Origin: Octopus bimaculoides
Taxonomy: Eukaryota
NCBI RefSeq assembly: GCF_001194135.2
Contig: NC_068983.1
Span: 78,732,108-78,796,107, forward strand
Direction: 5' to 3'
Length of the DNA: 64,000 bases
In this document: piece by piece, positions 13,110-26,088 of the stretch
How the letters are laid out: each line of letters begins with the position of its first letter
Numbering within the stretch: the first letter of the stretch is position 1
Notes under the pieces: generated by a model
Told to the model about the DNA's origin: nothing
Database searches by the model: none
What the model saw: only the letters and a program-made list of their open reading frames with translations
Translations under genes and position numbers: made by a program

Positions 13110-13477
13110 CTCGAAGAAAAACGACCATCTTTGGTTTCAAGATGAAAGGTGTTCTTCCATCAGGATAATGCTCGACCGCATACAGCGAGGATGACATTCC
13201 AAAGGCTGGAACAGTTTGAATGGGAAATGATGCCCCATCCACCATATTTGCTGGATATTGCCCCATTTGATTATCATTTATTCTGCAGTTTTCAAAATCT
13301 TCTGGACGGAAAGAATATGAATTCTATAGACGAAGTCAGAACAGTACTGGAGGAGTATTTTTCATCACAGACAAGTGAATTTTGGAAGAAGGGCCTTGAA
13401 AGTCTATCAGATAGATAGAAGAACATTGTAGAAAATGAAGGAGAGTATATTTTAGATGGAGAAAGAACTTTGTTTAT
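13110..13477 (+). mobile_element. Mariner transposase 3' fragment (family B), pseudogenised
   Basis: ORF 13149-13418 reads HQDNARPHTA...WEMMPHPPYLLDIAPFDYHLF, a degenerate D...YSPDLAPSD region. A close inverted homologue lies at 39311-39970. Confidence 0.9.
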
Positions 13478-13518
13478 NNNNNNNNNNTATATATATATAT
13501 ATATATCTTCATATATAC

Positions 13519-14085
13519 ATGGATCTGGTGGTCTTGGCACTGGAGGTGGTGGAGATTTATTGCCTCACTAGCAATATAAACAAGAGTGAATGTTGCACCA
13601 AAAGCTAATATGAGAGTTACTCTCATGGTAACTACTGCAGTATAGTTGGTTCTCACAGAAAATCCATGTTTAAGTGGGAATAAATATTACTTCTGAGTAT
13701 TAATACTACCTCTGTCACTAAAGAATACTTTTAACAAGCTCACTATCTTATCACAATGAAACAAATGCCTGTTCTGGCACTGTTATTCTATATTTCACTG
13801 GTGGAGATGAATCACTGCTATCTCTAGTAGTCAAGACTCCAGCATTGACAAGACCAAGGAAATTTGAAATCATATGATCTGATAGTCTCAGTGCTGGTGG
13901 TGGTGGGATTTATCTCCTTGTTAGTGGTATAAACAAGAGTGCATTTTGTACCAAAAGTCAATATGAGAGTTTCTCTTATGGTATCTGCTATAGCGAAGTA
14001 TGTTCTCACAGAACATCCACTTAAATAAGTGGGGACAAATATTACCTCTCAGTATTAATACTGCTGCTGTCACAAATGATTATAT
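13519..14085. repeat. Two diverged direct repeats, about 210 bp unit and about 350 bp period
   Basis: 13519-13730 and 13871-14085 share blocks such as ataaacaagagtg, caccaaaag/taccaaaag, aatatgagagtt, gttctcacagaa and agtattaata. Confidence 0.7.
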
Positions 14086-15368
14086 ATCTGTGTGTGTCAC
14101 CCAGTATACTCTGTTAAGTGATTGACATTAAGAAGGGCATCAGGCCATAAAAACTATGCCACTTTACACAGTTGGAGGCTGGACAGCTCTCTGCTAGCCT
14201 GCTCCATATCAAACCATCCAATTCATGCCAGCATGGAAAGCAGACATTAAACAATGATGATGATAATGATGATGATATAACGTGGTGCCCCAGCATCGCC
14301 ACAGTCGAGTGACTGAAACAAGTAAAAGATACATATAGACACACACATATATGATGGTTTTCTTCCAGTTTCCATCAAACAAATTCATCCACAAGGCTTT
14401 AGTAGGCCCAAAGCGATAGCAGAAGACACTTGCCCAAGGTACCATATAGTGGGACTGAACCCAGAGCCTTCACACGCATAGATACACAATATGCTGCTAT
14501 GCTATAGCTCTTCATGTGATAAATACTTTCATAAACATGAATTATATTTTCTATTTAATTCTGGTCATTATCTCCACTTTGTATCATCTGCCATAGTTGG
14601 AAAGAAAAAAAAAGAGGAAATACAAAATCAATGGACCCAAAACCATTAAAAAATACAAACAGGCTGTAGTTTATGTTATTGAGACTCAGTGGAAAGATGG
14701 AAATAAAAATTCAAAAAAGGAGAAGAAATATTCGAGCAATTCTTGACAAGGTTCTCTTATTACTGTTTGTTTATTGCATTCATATTATACTGTAAAAAGA
14801 GATGATGAAGGGAGAAAATATTTTAAAAAATAGAAGTTTTAGTAGTTTATTATGTACTTGCATTGTTTCTTAGTTGTAATGTTGTTGTACTTTGCATCGT
14901 TACTGTTTGTTGTTGCGGTTTTTGGTTTCGTATAATTGCTGTTATTGTTGTTGTTGTAGTCGATATATTTTTGCGATTTTTGCTGCTTTTGTTCCTATTA
15001 ATACTGGGATCACTATTATTGATTTAACTGTTATTGTCACTGTTACTGTTTGCCGTTTTGTTATTTTTATTGTTGTTATTGCAGCTACTGTTTCAACTAT
15101 CATTAATGCTGCTGTTGTTTCTAATCTCATTGTTAATGTTGTTGTTGATAGTGGTGTTAGTATTACTGTTACTGATATTACTCTAAAAGATAAAGATTGT
15201 TGTAATTTTATTTCTGTTGTTCCCAACGATTCATCCTATTCTCTTTTCCCTCATTACTGTTGCAATTACTTCCACCACTAGTGATACCATAAGTTTTTAC
15301 ATAAAGTTATGTTGCTGATCCTATGATTATTGATTTTATGGTTACTGCTAATATTGTAGTTACTTATA

Positions 15369-15565
15369 CAGGATGGCCCAAAAGTCACGAAGATGTTAAT
15401 AATTCATATGCACTGTTTTAAATTTATGATAACTTAGCACCACAAACAATATATATATGTACATTAGGTGTCAAGAGTCACATTTTGTGAATTACAAATA
15501 CAAAAATATATTTAAAAGAAATTTATTAAACTGTTGAACCCCTCTGTGACTTTTGGGCCACCCTG
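15369..15565. mobile_element. Tc1/mariner-type MITE (197 bp)
   Basis: 20-bp TIRs caggatggcccaaaagtcac and gtgacttttgggccaccctg (1 mismatch), with TA on both sides. Confidence 0.9.
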
Positions 15566-15706
15566 TATTAGTTCTCATTTTTGCTATTTCTGGTGTAAGT
15601 TTCCCCTTTCTATTTGCCCCTAACATTTGATTAAGCACCAGACTATGGAAAAATTACTATTTGTAAATTGCTCAATGAAAGATATTCTGCAACAGTACTC
15701 TAGAGT

Positions 15707-15959
15707 AAAGATTGTTTACCAACATAACATGGCAGTCCTGGTTTAGGACGAATGTTACTGTAATTTTACCCCAGGAGACATCGTTTCCAGTTGACTATAC
15801 AACACGATCTATGTCCTTATATATATATTCTTCTTTTCCATAAATGTAAGGACACAGATCGTGTCATATAGCCAGCTGGAGACGATGTTTCCTGGAGCTA
15901 AATTACAGCAAAATTCTTCCTAAACCAGAACTGCCATGTTATGTTGGCAAACAATCTTT
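15707..15959. mobile_element. Foldback (long-TIR) MITE-like hairpin
   Basis: Inverted arms of about 115 bp (aaagattgtttaccaacataacatggcag...gatctatgtcctta and its reverse complement) around a loop of about 24 nt. Confidence 0.85.
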
Positions 15960-16359
15960 TCCAACAATGGGTTGAACCCAAAATACAGTATATGATAACA
16001 TTATATTTCTTATTGCCTTCATATGCCCCCCACCACCACCACCACCACACCCACCCACATGATATAGGTAAGTAAAGTTATTTCAGTCTAAATGCTTTAT
16101 TGTATCTTTCAAAGTATCTTTCAAATCAACTTCACCCTTCTAACTGCTAAGATCATTAAAATACATGAAAAACAATGGATAACTGTCAGATACTTGACTA
16201 CTCTTCTCAAGATCAATCACAGCTAACCATGCTGCCATTAACTATATTCACTAAAATCCCAGAATATAAGATGCAGTAAATGTTAACAAAAATCAATTCA
16301 ATAAGAAAAAGATTTAACTGTGTTAGAGCACCATGAGAAGCAAAAAAATATATCCCAAT

Positions 16360-16453
16360 TTAAGCATAGTCTTTCATTGAAAAATCTTTTTCATCTAATG
16401 AAGGGCTCTGCTTGAAACGGAATATTTCTTCTCCTCTCTTTATTTGAGCATAT
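16360..16453 (-). CDS. Candidate terminal coding exon, unknown protein
   Basis: gctaacattcag|A TAT GCT CAA...GCT TAA encodes (R)YAQIKRGEEIFRFKQSPSLDEKDFSMKDYA*. The sequence is non-repetitive, the acceptor is weak, and the phase matches 23637-23696. Confidence 0.3.
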
Positions 16454-16727
16454 CTGAATGTTAGCTCATTTTTTACCATTAAAATATTTTACTTCAGGGC
16501 AGGTACATTAATATGCTTGCCTTAATTTTCCTAGTCTGAAAAAAGTATTGCCTTATACTTGATCGATTTACAATTTGGACACTCATGCAATGGTAAAATT
16601 ATAAAACAAGGCAAGAATGTTTACAAATTTTAGAGAGAGAGAGAGAGAGAGGGAGAGATCACTGAAGAAATTATGGCAAAGTATGGGAACACATGAGTTA
16701 TGAAACAGGGAGAGAATATTGCAAGGA

Positions 16728-16870
16728 TTTAAAGGATTACAATTTTTGAAAGTTATTTAAAAAATTTAAGAATTACAAATTTTGAAAGTTATTTTGAAAA
16801 TTTAAGAATTACAAATTTTGAAAGTTATTTTGAAAATTTAAGAATTACAAATTTTGAAAGTTATTTTAAA
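16728..16870. repeat. 36-bp minisatellite, about 4 copies
   Basis: Unit tttaagaattacaaattttgaaagttattttgaaaa. Confidence 0.9.
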
Positions 16871-18279
16871 TCAAAGTACAGCAGGTTAGTATTACAATTG
16901 ATATGAATGAATGATGACTAAAAACTAGAGAAATTTCTTAGCTTAGTTAATCATTTTGTGTGGTATAATGATTGATGAGTGATTAGAAACTAGAGAAATT
17001 TCTTAGCATGGACAACAGATGATGACGACGACGATGAACAGTTCTGATAAAATTATCTAAAGTTGGCAAAAAACTTTAAAGAAAAATGGAAAGGTAAAAA
17101 TTATCTCAGTTATATTGGTATTTAAAATAAGAGAAGAGTCATAGTTTTTGAAGGCCCTTATAGATTGAGAATATATATAACTAAGTGATGTTAAAACAGC
17201 TATGTGATTTGAACTCTTCCAGTAGTCATGAAGAAATATATGTGAAATATTGTAATCAATTCCACTCATTCAAACCATTTTTAAACAGCATTCTTTTATG
17301 GGAAGACATCATTATTTTGTCACAGACTGAACAGATAATTCAGCAGGGAACATAAAAGAGTAGACATAATGTTTGTACTATCTAGTTTGGTGCTCCATAT
17401 TTCTTAACTGAAACCTTGCAGTAGTCTTTACTTTCTTTTTCATCTCTCCAAATGTTGATAAAACAGTACCAACAACATCAAATGGTTAAATCATTTTATT
17501 TATCCTTGCCTTTCATTCTCAAAAGGCTTGTCCTGAAGAAAGACATTATATGTTGAACTGTAGGAGAATCAAGCACATCAGTTGAATAGATAATGGGGTG
17601 AACTTATAACAGCCAGTTTATGATTTCATCTTTGAATATCTGTCATTCATGTATCACTATAAAAATGAACAGCTATAACTTTTCCTGATCAATAAGACAT
17701 TTGTTTATTCTGTTTTATTGCTGTTCTATCTGTTATTGAACTGCAGAGTAGATTTCATCAGCTTTTGATTTGCTTGCTACAATTTTGTGTTCTTTTGTAT
17801 CAAAGAACCCAAACTTGCTTCTCTTCTGTTAATGTCAAGTCACATTTTACATCAGTCTAAATATTTCAAAAGGGATCAACTTAATGAGAAGGTCGGTGGA
17901 ATCTAGTTAATGTCTCATATCATTTTGGCAAACCAAAGATGGTAAATCTCCTTAAGTGTTACGAGAAAAAGAAAATTAAATACACTAAGATTGAATGCAT
18001 CTTCATTTATATAATCCAACAAAATATAAATTGCTACCTATATGTCATTATCATCACTGACATCATTTTAAAATCTGTTATTTCAAGATGCTTTCAAGTT
18101 GTTCAGTTCTGTAACACAGTATCATTCCATTTTACTTGATCTTGCATTATGTCATAGTTAAAGTCTAACATTCTTAGATTTGACCTAAATAAGTTTTTCT
18201 AAGCTTTATTTCTGCTCACAGCATATTCTCACCCTATAATGCATACATTCATGCAAGGTGGTGAGAAATATTAGCATGC

Positions 18280-18725
18280 AGAAATGTTAGCATTCCGGGC
18301 AAAATTTTTAGTGGTATTTTGTCTGTCTTTATGTTCTGAGTTTGAATTCTTATTTCTTTACTGCCCACAAGGGGCTACACACAGAGGGGACAAACAAGGA
18401 CAGACAAACGAATTAAGTCGATTACATCGACCCCAGGGCGTAACTGGTACTAATTTAATCGACCCCGAAAGGATGAAAGGCAAAGTCGACCTCAGTGGAA
18501 TTTTAATTCAGAACGTAACGGCAGACGAAATACCACTAAGCACTTCGCCCAGCGTGCTAATGTTTCTGCCAGCTTGTCGCCTTCTGAGTTTGAATTCTGC
18601 TGAGGCCAACTTTGCCTTTCATCCTTTCAGAGTCAATAAATTAAGTACCGGTTGCATACTGGGGTCGATCTAATCAACTGGCCTCCTCCCCCAAAATTTC
18701 AGGCCTTGTGCCAAGAGTAGAAAAG
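18280..18725 (+). mobile_element. Older family-2-related SINE interrupted by an inverted younger copy
   Basis: Head at about 18280-18350 continues at 18582-18725 (gccaactttgcctttcatcctttcag...ggccttgtgcc). Confidence 0.75.
18351..18581 (-). mobile_element. SINE family 2, young copy with 17-bp TSD
   Basis: Reverse complement of 8564-8796; TSD ttctgagtttgaattct at 18334-18350 and 18582-18598. Confidence 0.9.
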
Positions 18726-19214
18726 AATTCATATATACGTGTGTGTGTGCACTTTCGTACATGTGTGTCTGTGCGTGCATGTGTGTGTGCGTGTGTGTGT
18801 GTATGCAACAAAACCTCCTAAAACTATGAACACCCTCAAAAAGTATAACCCTTACTAGAACTAGAATCTCAATGAACAAAAATCAAGCAGTATCAAGGCA
18901 TGGTATGATATGGCAACAAAACCTCCATAAAATATAAAACTCCCTAAACAAGCTTAACCCATACCAGAATAAGAACCTCAAGGAAAGACAACTCTTTAAT
19001 AATGAGAACACAAGAAACAAAAGGTTTGCCGTCATCAGCACATACAAATAAACAAGCACATCAAATATATAAATCAAATATATACATTACCATTCCATCT
19101 AGCTGTGTCAGCAGCATCACAAGCATTAAATGCTGAAATGCTGCCTGAGAATAAAGAGACAAGAAAAATGAGCCAATTATTAGCACTATGTGTTCATCAT
19201 GTCTACACCTATTT

Positions 19215-19622
19215 ATTCTTTTACTTACTTCAGTCATTTGACTGTGGCCATGCTAGAGCACTGCCTTAAAGAGTTTTTAGTCAAAGAAATTGACCCATGA
19301 CTTATTCTTTGTAAGTCTAGTACTTATTCTATTGGCCTCTTTTGCTGAACCACTAGGTTATGGGGGACATAAACACACCAGCATCGGCTGTCAAACAATG
19401 GCTGGGGGACAAACACAAATACACATAAAAATACATACATGCATATATATATATATATATATCATCCTCCTCATCATCGTTTAACATCTGCTTTCCATAC
19501 TAGCATGGGTTGGACGATTTGACAGAGGACTGACGAACCAGATGGCTGCACCAGACACCAATCTGATCCGGCAGAGTCTTTACAGCTGGATGCCCTTCCT
19601 AATGCCAACCACTCCGAGAGGT
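19215..19622 (-). mobile_element. SINE family 1 3' half (about 19215-19445) adjoining an RTE tail (about 19465-19622)
   Basis: Reverse-complement homology to 1620-1835 and to 11930-12081. Confidence 0.75.
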
Positions 19623-20599
19623 CTAATAAAATTCCAAAATCTTACCAAGTGTCACAATGGAATTCCTTTGATCTCATCAAGGAGTTGAGACTCAAAATAA
19701 CGCAGTTGGATTGCACCTTGAACCATGTGGTTGAAAAATAAATTTGTTAACCACACATGAACTAAATTTTCTTCCAACAACTTTAGACTTGAGATGGGTT
19801 CACTACAGCTTGTAACATTGCTTCATTGTTATTCTTCTCTGTGACATTGTCTGAAATGCTATTATTAAGCTGAGACAGAGATGAGAATAAAGTCTCAATG
19901 ACCAATTAGTTAAATTTTGCTTTCGGTAAGTCTAATACTACTACATTGATTGGAAAACTTGAAAAACCTCTCTTGACACAAACTTCAGAATGTGAGATGT
20001 TGTCAATTATATTTTCTAAATTGATAAAATCATATATTCACTAAATTTGGTAAAATTACATCACATAGTCACATTTAGACACATTGGCAAAGCTGTGTGT
20101 TCATGTTTGTGTATGGTATTTATATGTGTGCTTATGAAAATATATACACCAACCAACCTCTGTTACAATAGATATCAATAAATTATTCCAAATATGTATG
20201 TTTGCGTGTATATGTGTGAGAGAGTTGGCTTTATTTTTATTTTCATGAAACAAAAATAGCAGACCAATAGATCAATCCAATCACCCTCTAAGGATTAAAA
20301 TATGCAAAACATCTCTGAAGTTCACTTTATAATTAATCATTGCCAATATCAAGTCTACCACACGAAGGAAAATTGTAAGCTAGTGATTGGCATTTAGTGC
20401 TTTGAAGAAATAAAATAATCACACATACATAATATTCATAAGAATGGATAGAACTAATTTGAATTGTATAGATACCTTCTAAAATTACCATTCTCATCTG
20501 TCTCATCATTATTATCAATGTTCTAGCCTCCACTTTTCCTAGCTAGCATTTATTAGAGAGTTAGTTTTCTTGTACAGTATATTGTTAATTTCATCCTTT

Positions 20600-20900
20600 C
20601 ATTTATAAGACTTAGCACCCTTAGATCTAATATTACCGTTTCCTCTCTGCCTTTTCTACCTCTACTATAAAGACTTCTGCTCATGTCATTTCCATTCAGG
20701 CTTACCCGTCTTGCCACTTCTATCACATTCGTTGTGCCCAACCACGTGAGGCTCCATGATGACCACTGCAACAAGTCTTTTCTCCTCATAATGTTATCCT
20801 ACTGGAATTCTCTCCCTCCCTGCTCATATCTTTGATCTGATAAGTTGATCTACAAAGGTTGAAGCAGAGCATTAATGGCCTCAATCTCATTAGACTTGGA
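20600..20900 (+). mobile_element. Degraded CR1/Jockey-group LINE 3' end
   Basis: Frameshifted peptides SLCLFYLYY...C and HCNKSFLLIMLSYWNSLP match the SL.LFYRYY and WNSLP motifs of these LINE C-termini. Confidence 0.55.
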
Positions 20901-22229
20901 GAGTTTGCAATGACCATAAACACCGTTCATTTCTTGCAGATACCTAGGTGCTAGTGGGAAGCCTTTATGGGATGGCCATGTTAGGAAAGCCTTTACTCAT
21001 AGGTCTACTTTAGCAAAGCTAACTTGGTACTAAGCTCCAACAAGAACAACATAGTTTGATTGTTTTAATGCAAGAAGTTGAAAATAATACTAATAATAAC
21101 TAATCCCATTCATCTACTATGCACCAGTCAATGTTGTCAAATTAAAGAGTCACCCAAACACTGCTGGCATTAATTTATAATGAAATTAATTAGATTCAAA
21201 ATAGCTGAGTGGCTAATTAACTTTCAGCTCATGAGCAACTATATATAGTATCGACCATCAGATTTTGCATGTATATTATAGATGCAGACATAGCTGTATG
21301 TTTGAGAAGTTGCTTCAAAACCATGTGGTCTGGGGTTAGCACCAGATCAATCCAAGTTTTGTAGGTCGATTTAGAAAACAGAAGCTGAAGATGTGCATTA
21401 CACACACATGCACATACACACACACACACACATACATACACACTCGCACACGTGCACACACACACACACACACACCTACACACACATTCACACACACATA
21501 CACACACTCATACACACACGCATACACACACATACACACACACATGCATGCATGTGTGTGTGAATCTGTGTTTGTATGGCAAAGCAATGGTAGACTTACC
21601 ATATAAAAAATTCAATATCATAATATATTTTCTTGCCTCTCTTAACTCTCCTCCACTTTTTCAGTCACTTGCTTTTGCTTACCTGATTCCAATTTTTATT
21701 TCTTTATTTGTCTCCTCTTCCACATGTTATATGTATATATGTTTGTGCATTGCATTGTGTGTTTGTATTTATTTGACTTGACATCAGAAACTGATTGTAA
21801 ACGACTGTCATTATCATATGTTAGTGTTGTTGATTTGCAATCTTTCATGAAAAAATAACCACATATTGGGTTGTTCATGTTTAAAGAAGTAGGAGAAATG
21901 TTACTTTATATGGCAGCAGGTGATACTTGGTGACAGGAAGAGCATTCAACCATAGAAAATCTACCTCAAGTAAAACTCTTCATCTGCTCTATGCAAGCAT
22001 GGAGAAGTGAACATAGCAACGGTAGTGGTGAGGGTGATGAACATGTTGAGGTCGGTGAGGTTGATGAGAATGGTGGGGTGTGATCATTTCTTTTTGTCTC
22101 CAGGACCTATTCATGCATACAAAAACATGTTATGAAAGCATATAGGGTAATACAGATTATTTTATATAAAAATGAGAGATATTATGTGATATACTGAGAT
22201 ATCAAAACATTTTGTAACACAAAATAATT

Positions 22230-22334
<105 letters not shown>

Positions 22335-23636
22335 AATACACAGTATAATCAAAAAGAAAACAATTTCAAAATGAATAAGGCCATCTCACCCACACACGGG
22401 TGAAAAACCACCACCTGGGTTTGTTAAAAAATATCTCATAACTTTAAACACCTTTCATTTCCATATATGCATACTGGTAGTGAAAAACATCTGTACCAAG
22501 AGGAAGAACCCTCATCCTTCTGGTAGTACAGTATAGCAGGTCATAACTTTATAAGGTGTTTTTTTTTACTTACATTCTGTTTTTTAGGTACACTTCATAA
22601 TCAGAACCCATCCCCTCAGAAAGCTGCACTTGATGTCAACAAACTGCCATCGTCAGTCTTCCCATCATTGTTATCAGACAAATGAGATGAAGATGGCTGG
22701 TTATGGATATAGTAGGGCTCTTGATTAGTGGTTACTAGCATTCTCTTCTAGTGCTTTGCGAATGGCAGGTTTTGGTGTCTGCTGTTGTATTGCTGTCTTT
22801 GCTAGATCTTTCTTTAATGTATTTTGAGTTCTTGAGTGTTTTCAGATAGAAATCCTTTCGTTAGCCCTTACTCTTACATATATAGCAGTCTAGATTCTGA
22901 TCTTAGTATCAATTGCCTTGCTTTTCTGTTTCCTGTCTTCTGCAGAGTACAACTCTAAAATAGTTTTGTGGTCTTCAAGAATAATTACGTTGGAACAGCA
23001 TCCTCCCAATCATATGTTATTTCTAGTCACTTTAGTAATAACCATCATCCTATATCATGCCACAAAGATGATACTGAACCAAGGGTCACCCTTATCACCA
23101 ATGACTTTTAAATGTTTCATTATCTTATATATTGTGGTACAAGTCCTTTGGCTAGTGGTATAATGCATCATCCCAGCCTGATTGCCTTAATCTCATACTC
23201 AACTTTAAAAACAAGGCTTATGGTTCTATTAGCCCTACCTCACCTGATGGAAAAGATATCACTCCACACATCTCCTAATGTTATTTATGGTTGTTGTTTT
23301 GAAGGCATAAATAAATACCTTGTAACTTTAAAAATATAGGGATAAATGCTTTCCTTCTTGCTCACCTTTGAATATATATCACAGGGAAAGATATGTTTTC
23401 TTAGATCACATATCACCATCACTTAAATCTTTTCTCTAATAGGGTATTCATGTCCAATCTCACATTTTTCTTTATTGTTAGCATTGCTTGCAAAGCAATT
23501 GCCAATCTTGGTTGTGTAGTTGATAAAACAACATTTTGCTTGTTACAATGAATTTCTTTGCTTCTTTTGGCAAAATATGACTATTTGTTCAATTTAGCTA
23601 CGTTATTAAAATTGTTTAATGCATATTTTTCATTAC

Positions 23637-23696
23637 CTATTCTTGCTAAATTTGAACACTTCTATCAATGTCCTCAAAGATATAACTAATTTTTGT
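23637..23696 (-). CDS. Candidate internal exon (60 nt, phase 2-2)
   Basis: aattccttttcttgag|A CAA AAA TTA...AAG AAT AG|gtaatg. Only one frame is open, encoding (R)QKLVISLRTLIEVFKFSKN(R). Confidence 0.3.
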
Positions 23697-23741
23697 CTCA
23701 AGAAAAGGAATTTTTGATATATTAAAATATAAATATACTGA

Positions 23742-23796
<55 letters not shown>

Positions 23797-24469
23797 CAGT
23801 GACAGTGGTATTGGTGGAGGTAACAAAAATGACGATGACAAGGACAATAATGTTGAATGCAATACACAAATTCAGGTGGGTAACTAACATGAATTTTTTG
23901 TGAAAAATGAGTTAAAGTAAACTTGACTTAAGGAGAGGAAACTAATATCATGTTAAACAAATAAATAAAATAAGAGAATTGAAGAAGACAAAATAAGCAG
24001 CATAAAAAATACACAAATGAAAGGAAGCAAGATAACAGGCATCAATAATCTAGCTGTTTAAGTAGTATGTAATAGTTATTCTAAAGAAGGCACTGAATGA
24101 AGTAGCAATACAAGACAGGAAAAGAAGTAAGATTATGAGGGCATTTAGAAAATAGTATCAAAACACATGAACCAAATTGTTTTGTGTCTCCAAAGAAGCC
24201 AACACATATTTAATAGATGTTGAGACAGGTGGATTGTAGAGTCAACAGAAGCTAAAACTGGATTATAGAATGTTACATTTATATGTTGGCAAGAAAAGCT
24301 ACTGCTTGGCTAAACCTAATGCAACTAAGCTAAGAAGAAATACTACAGAAAAAAGGACAGTGTTGATTGGGAAACACAGAACACAGGTCTGAAGCTGAAG
24401 GTTTCTCGAATGTAGTACAATACCAATACTTTTCACTAGGATCTATCAAATCATGAATGAGGAAATTTA

Positions 24470-24802
24470 ACTGTAGAATGCCTCAAGATCAGGAAGAAAC
24501 AAACAAGCACATTCTTTCTAGCTAGTTTCCCTTTTCTCGTGGTAGCCCCTCCCCACTGCACCAACTCCAAGGCTTGTAGTCCTGTGAACTGCATGGTGAC
24601 CTCAATAGTACAGATGGCAGGAAAAAAAGTATCCAGTCCACACTGTAAAGTGTTTGGCGTTAGAAAGGACATCCAGCCATAAAAATCATGTCAAATCCAA
24701 CATTGGCACTCAATGGAGTCCTTGAACACATCAGAATCTGTCAAACTGTCCAACCCATGCTAGCAAGAAACACAGATACTAAATGATGATGATGATGATG
24801 TA
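24470..24802 (+). mobile_element. Degraded RTE 3' fragment with (GAT)n tail
   Basis: ttggcgttagaaaggacatccagcc...aactgtccaacccatgctagc followed by (GAT)n. Confidence 0.65.
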
Positions 24803-25026
24803 TATAGTTGGTTAGTTGGTTAGTTGGATGGTTGGTTGGTTGGTTGGATTCATCTTGTTATCTTTCATAAAGGGTGACTTTGGGTTACCTGTGGTTACAT
24901 GCTTGAGAACAAATCCACTCATAAGCCTTTGGTTAACCCAAGGTTATAGTAGAAAATATTTTCCCAAGGTGCCATGCAATGGGACTGAACCTAGAACCAT
25001 GTGGTTGGGAAGCCAACTTCTTACCA

Positions 25027-25071
<45 letters not shown>

Positions 25072-25289
25072 GTATATATATATGTGTGTGGTGGGGGTGG
25101 GGGTGTATTTGTGTACGTATGTATGTATGGCAAATATGTTCTCTACTAAAAATATTTGAGTAATCCTTCCATTCAACTTTAAATTGATTATATATAACAC
25201 TTGACATAAAAGCAAACATAAATATTTATACATGCATGTATATATACATGAGTGTGTGTGTATACATTATATATATATATATATAAATT

Positions 25290-25600
25290 TATATAAATAA
25301 GGACAAGATTACTATTTAAAATAGCCGATCTTATCAGGTGGCCAGTATGGGAATAAAAACCTCAAAAAGTAATAGTTATTATTAAAATTATAATTAAGGG
25401 TATCTAAGCGATACCATCATGCTAGAAATAGCAGCCAAACCTTGACTCTAAAACCACATTAAATGTTCATACAGCACCAGGAGAGAAGACAAAAAGACAA
25501 AATAAACTAGCAAAAATTGCTGGATAATTTCAGATCCCAGATTTCTGGCTTTGAATAAGAAATGCTTGCCTTCATCAGTGGAATATATGCAGAAAACACA
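25290..25600. repeat. Unclassified repeat flanked by (TA)n, same family as 2795-2966; possibly a Penelope-like terminal repeat
   Basis: Alignable to 2800-2966 by eye. The minus strand carries CTGATGA-ggc...gcc-aGAAA. No ORF evidence. Confidence 0.4.
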
Positions 25601-25605
25601 TAAAT

Positions 25606-25658
<53 letters not shown>

Positions 25659-26046
25659 CATATACTTATATATATATATATAGATATGAGCATGGCAATG
25701 TTGGTGCTTTCATACTCTGGAAATTACACTTACATTATGAAACACCTGAAATACCCACAGAAAAGAAATAAAATACATACAAGAATAAGCCATAGGGAAT
25801 GACAAAAGGACCACATGCTAGGATGGGGCATGCAAATGCATACAGATAGGGAGATTAAGAAATGTCAATAGAAAAATAAATTCCATTGAACAGTGCATCA
25901 ATTTCAAGAGGTTTTCTAAACAACACATAGAAACTATCCAAATATGAATATCTAGGAACTGAGATAACCAGGATGTGGGGATTGAAAAAAACTAAAATTT
26001 CCATAATAATAGGTGCACTGAGAATAAAAAAGAAAACGTATTGATG

Positions 26047-26085
<39 letters not shown>

Positions 26086-26088
<3 letters not shown>

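Noticed and set aside
22588-23500. Plus-strand terminal exon GTLHNQNPSPQK...DK*, or a degraded minus-strand LINE
   Set aside because: There are only vague motif resemblances and many stops; neither reading could be supported.
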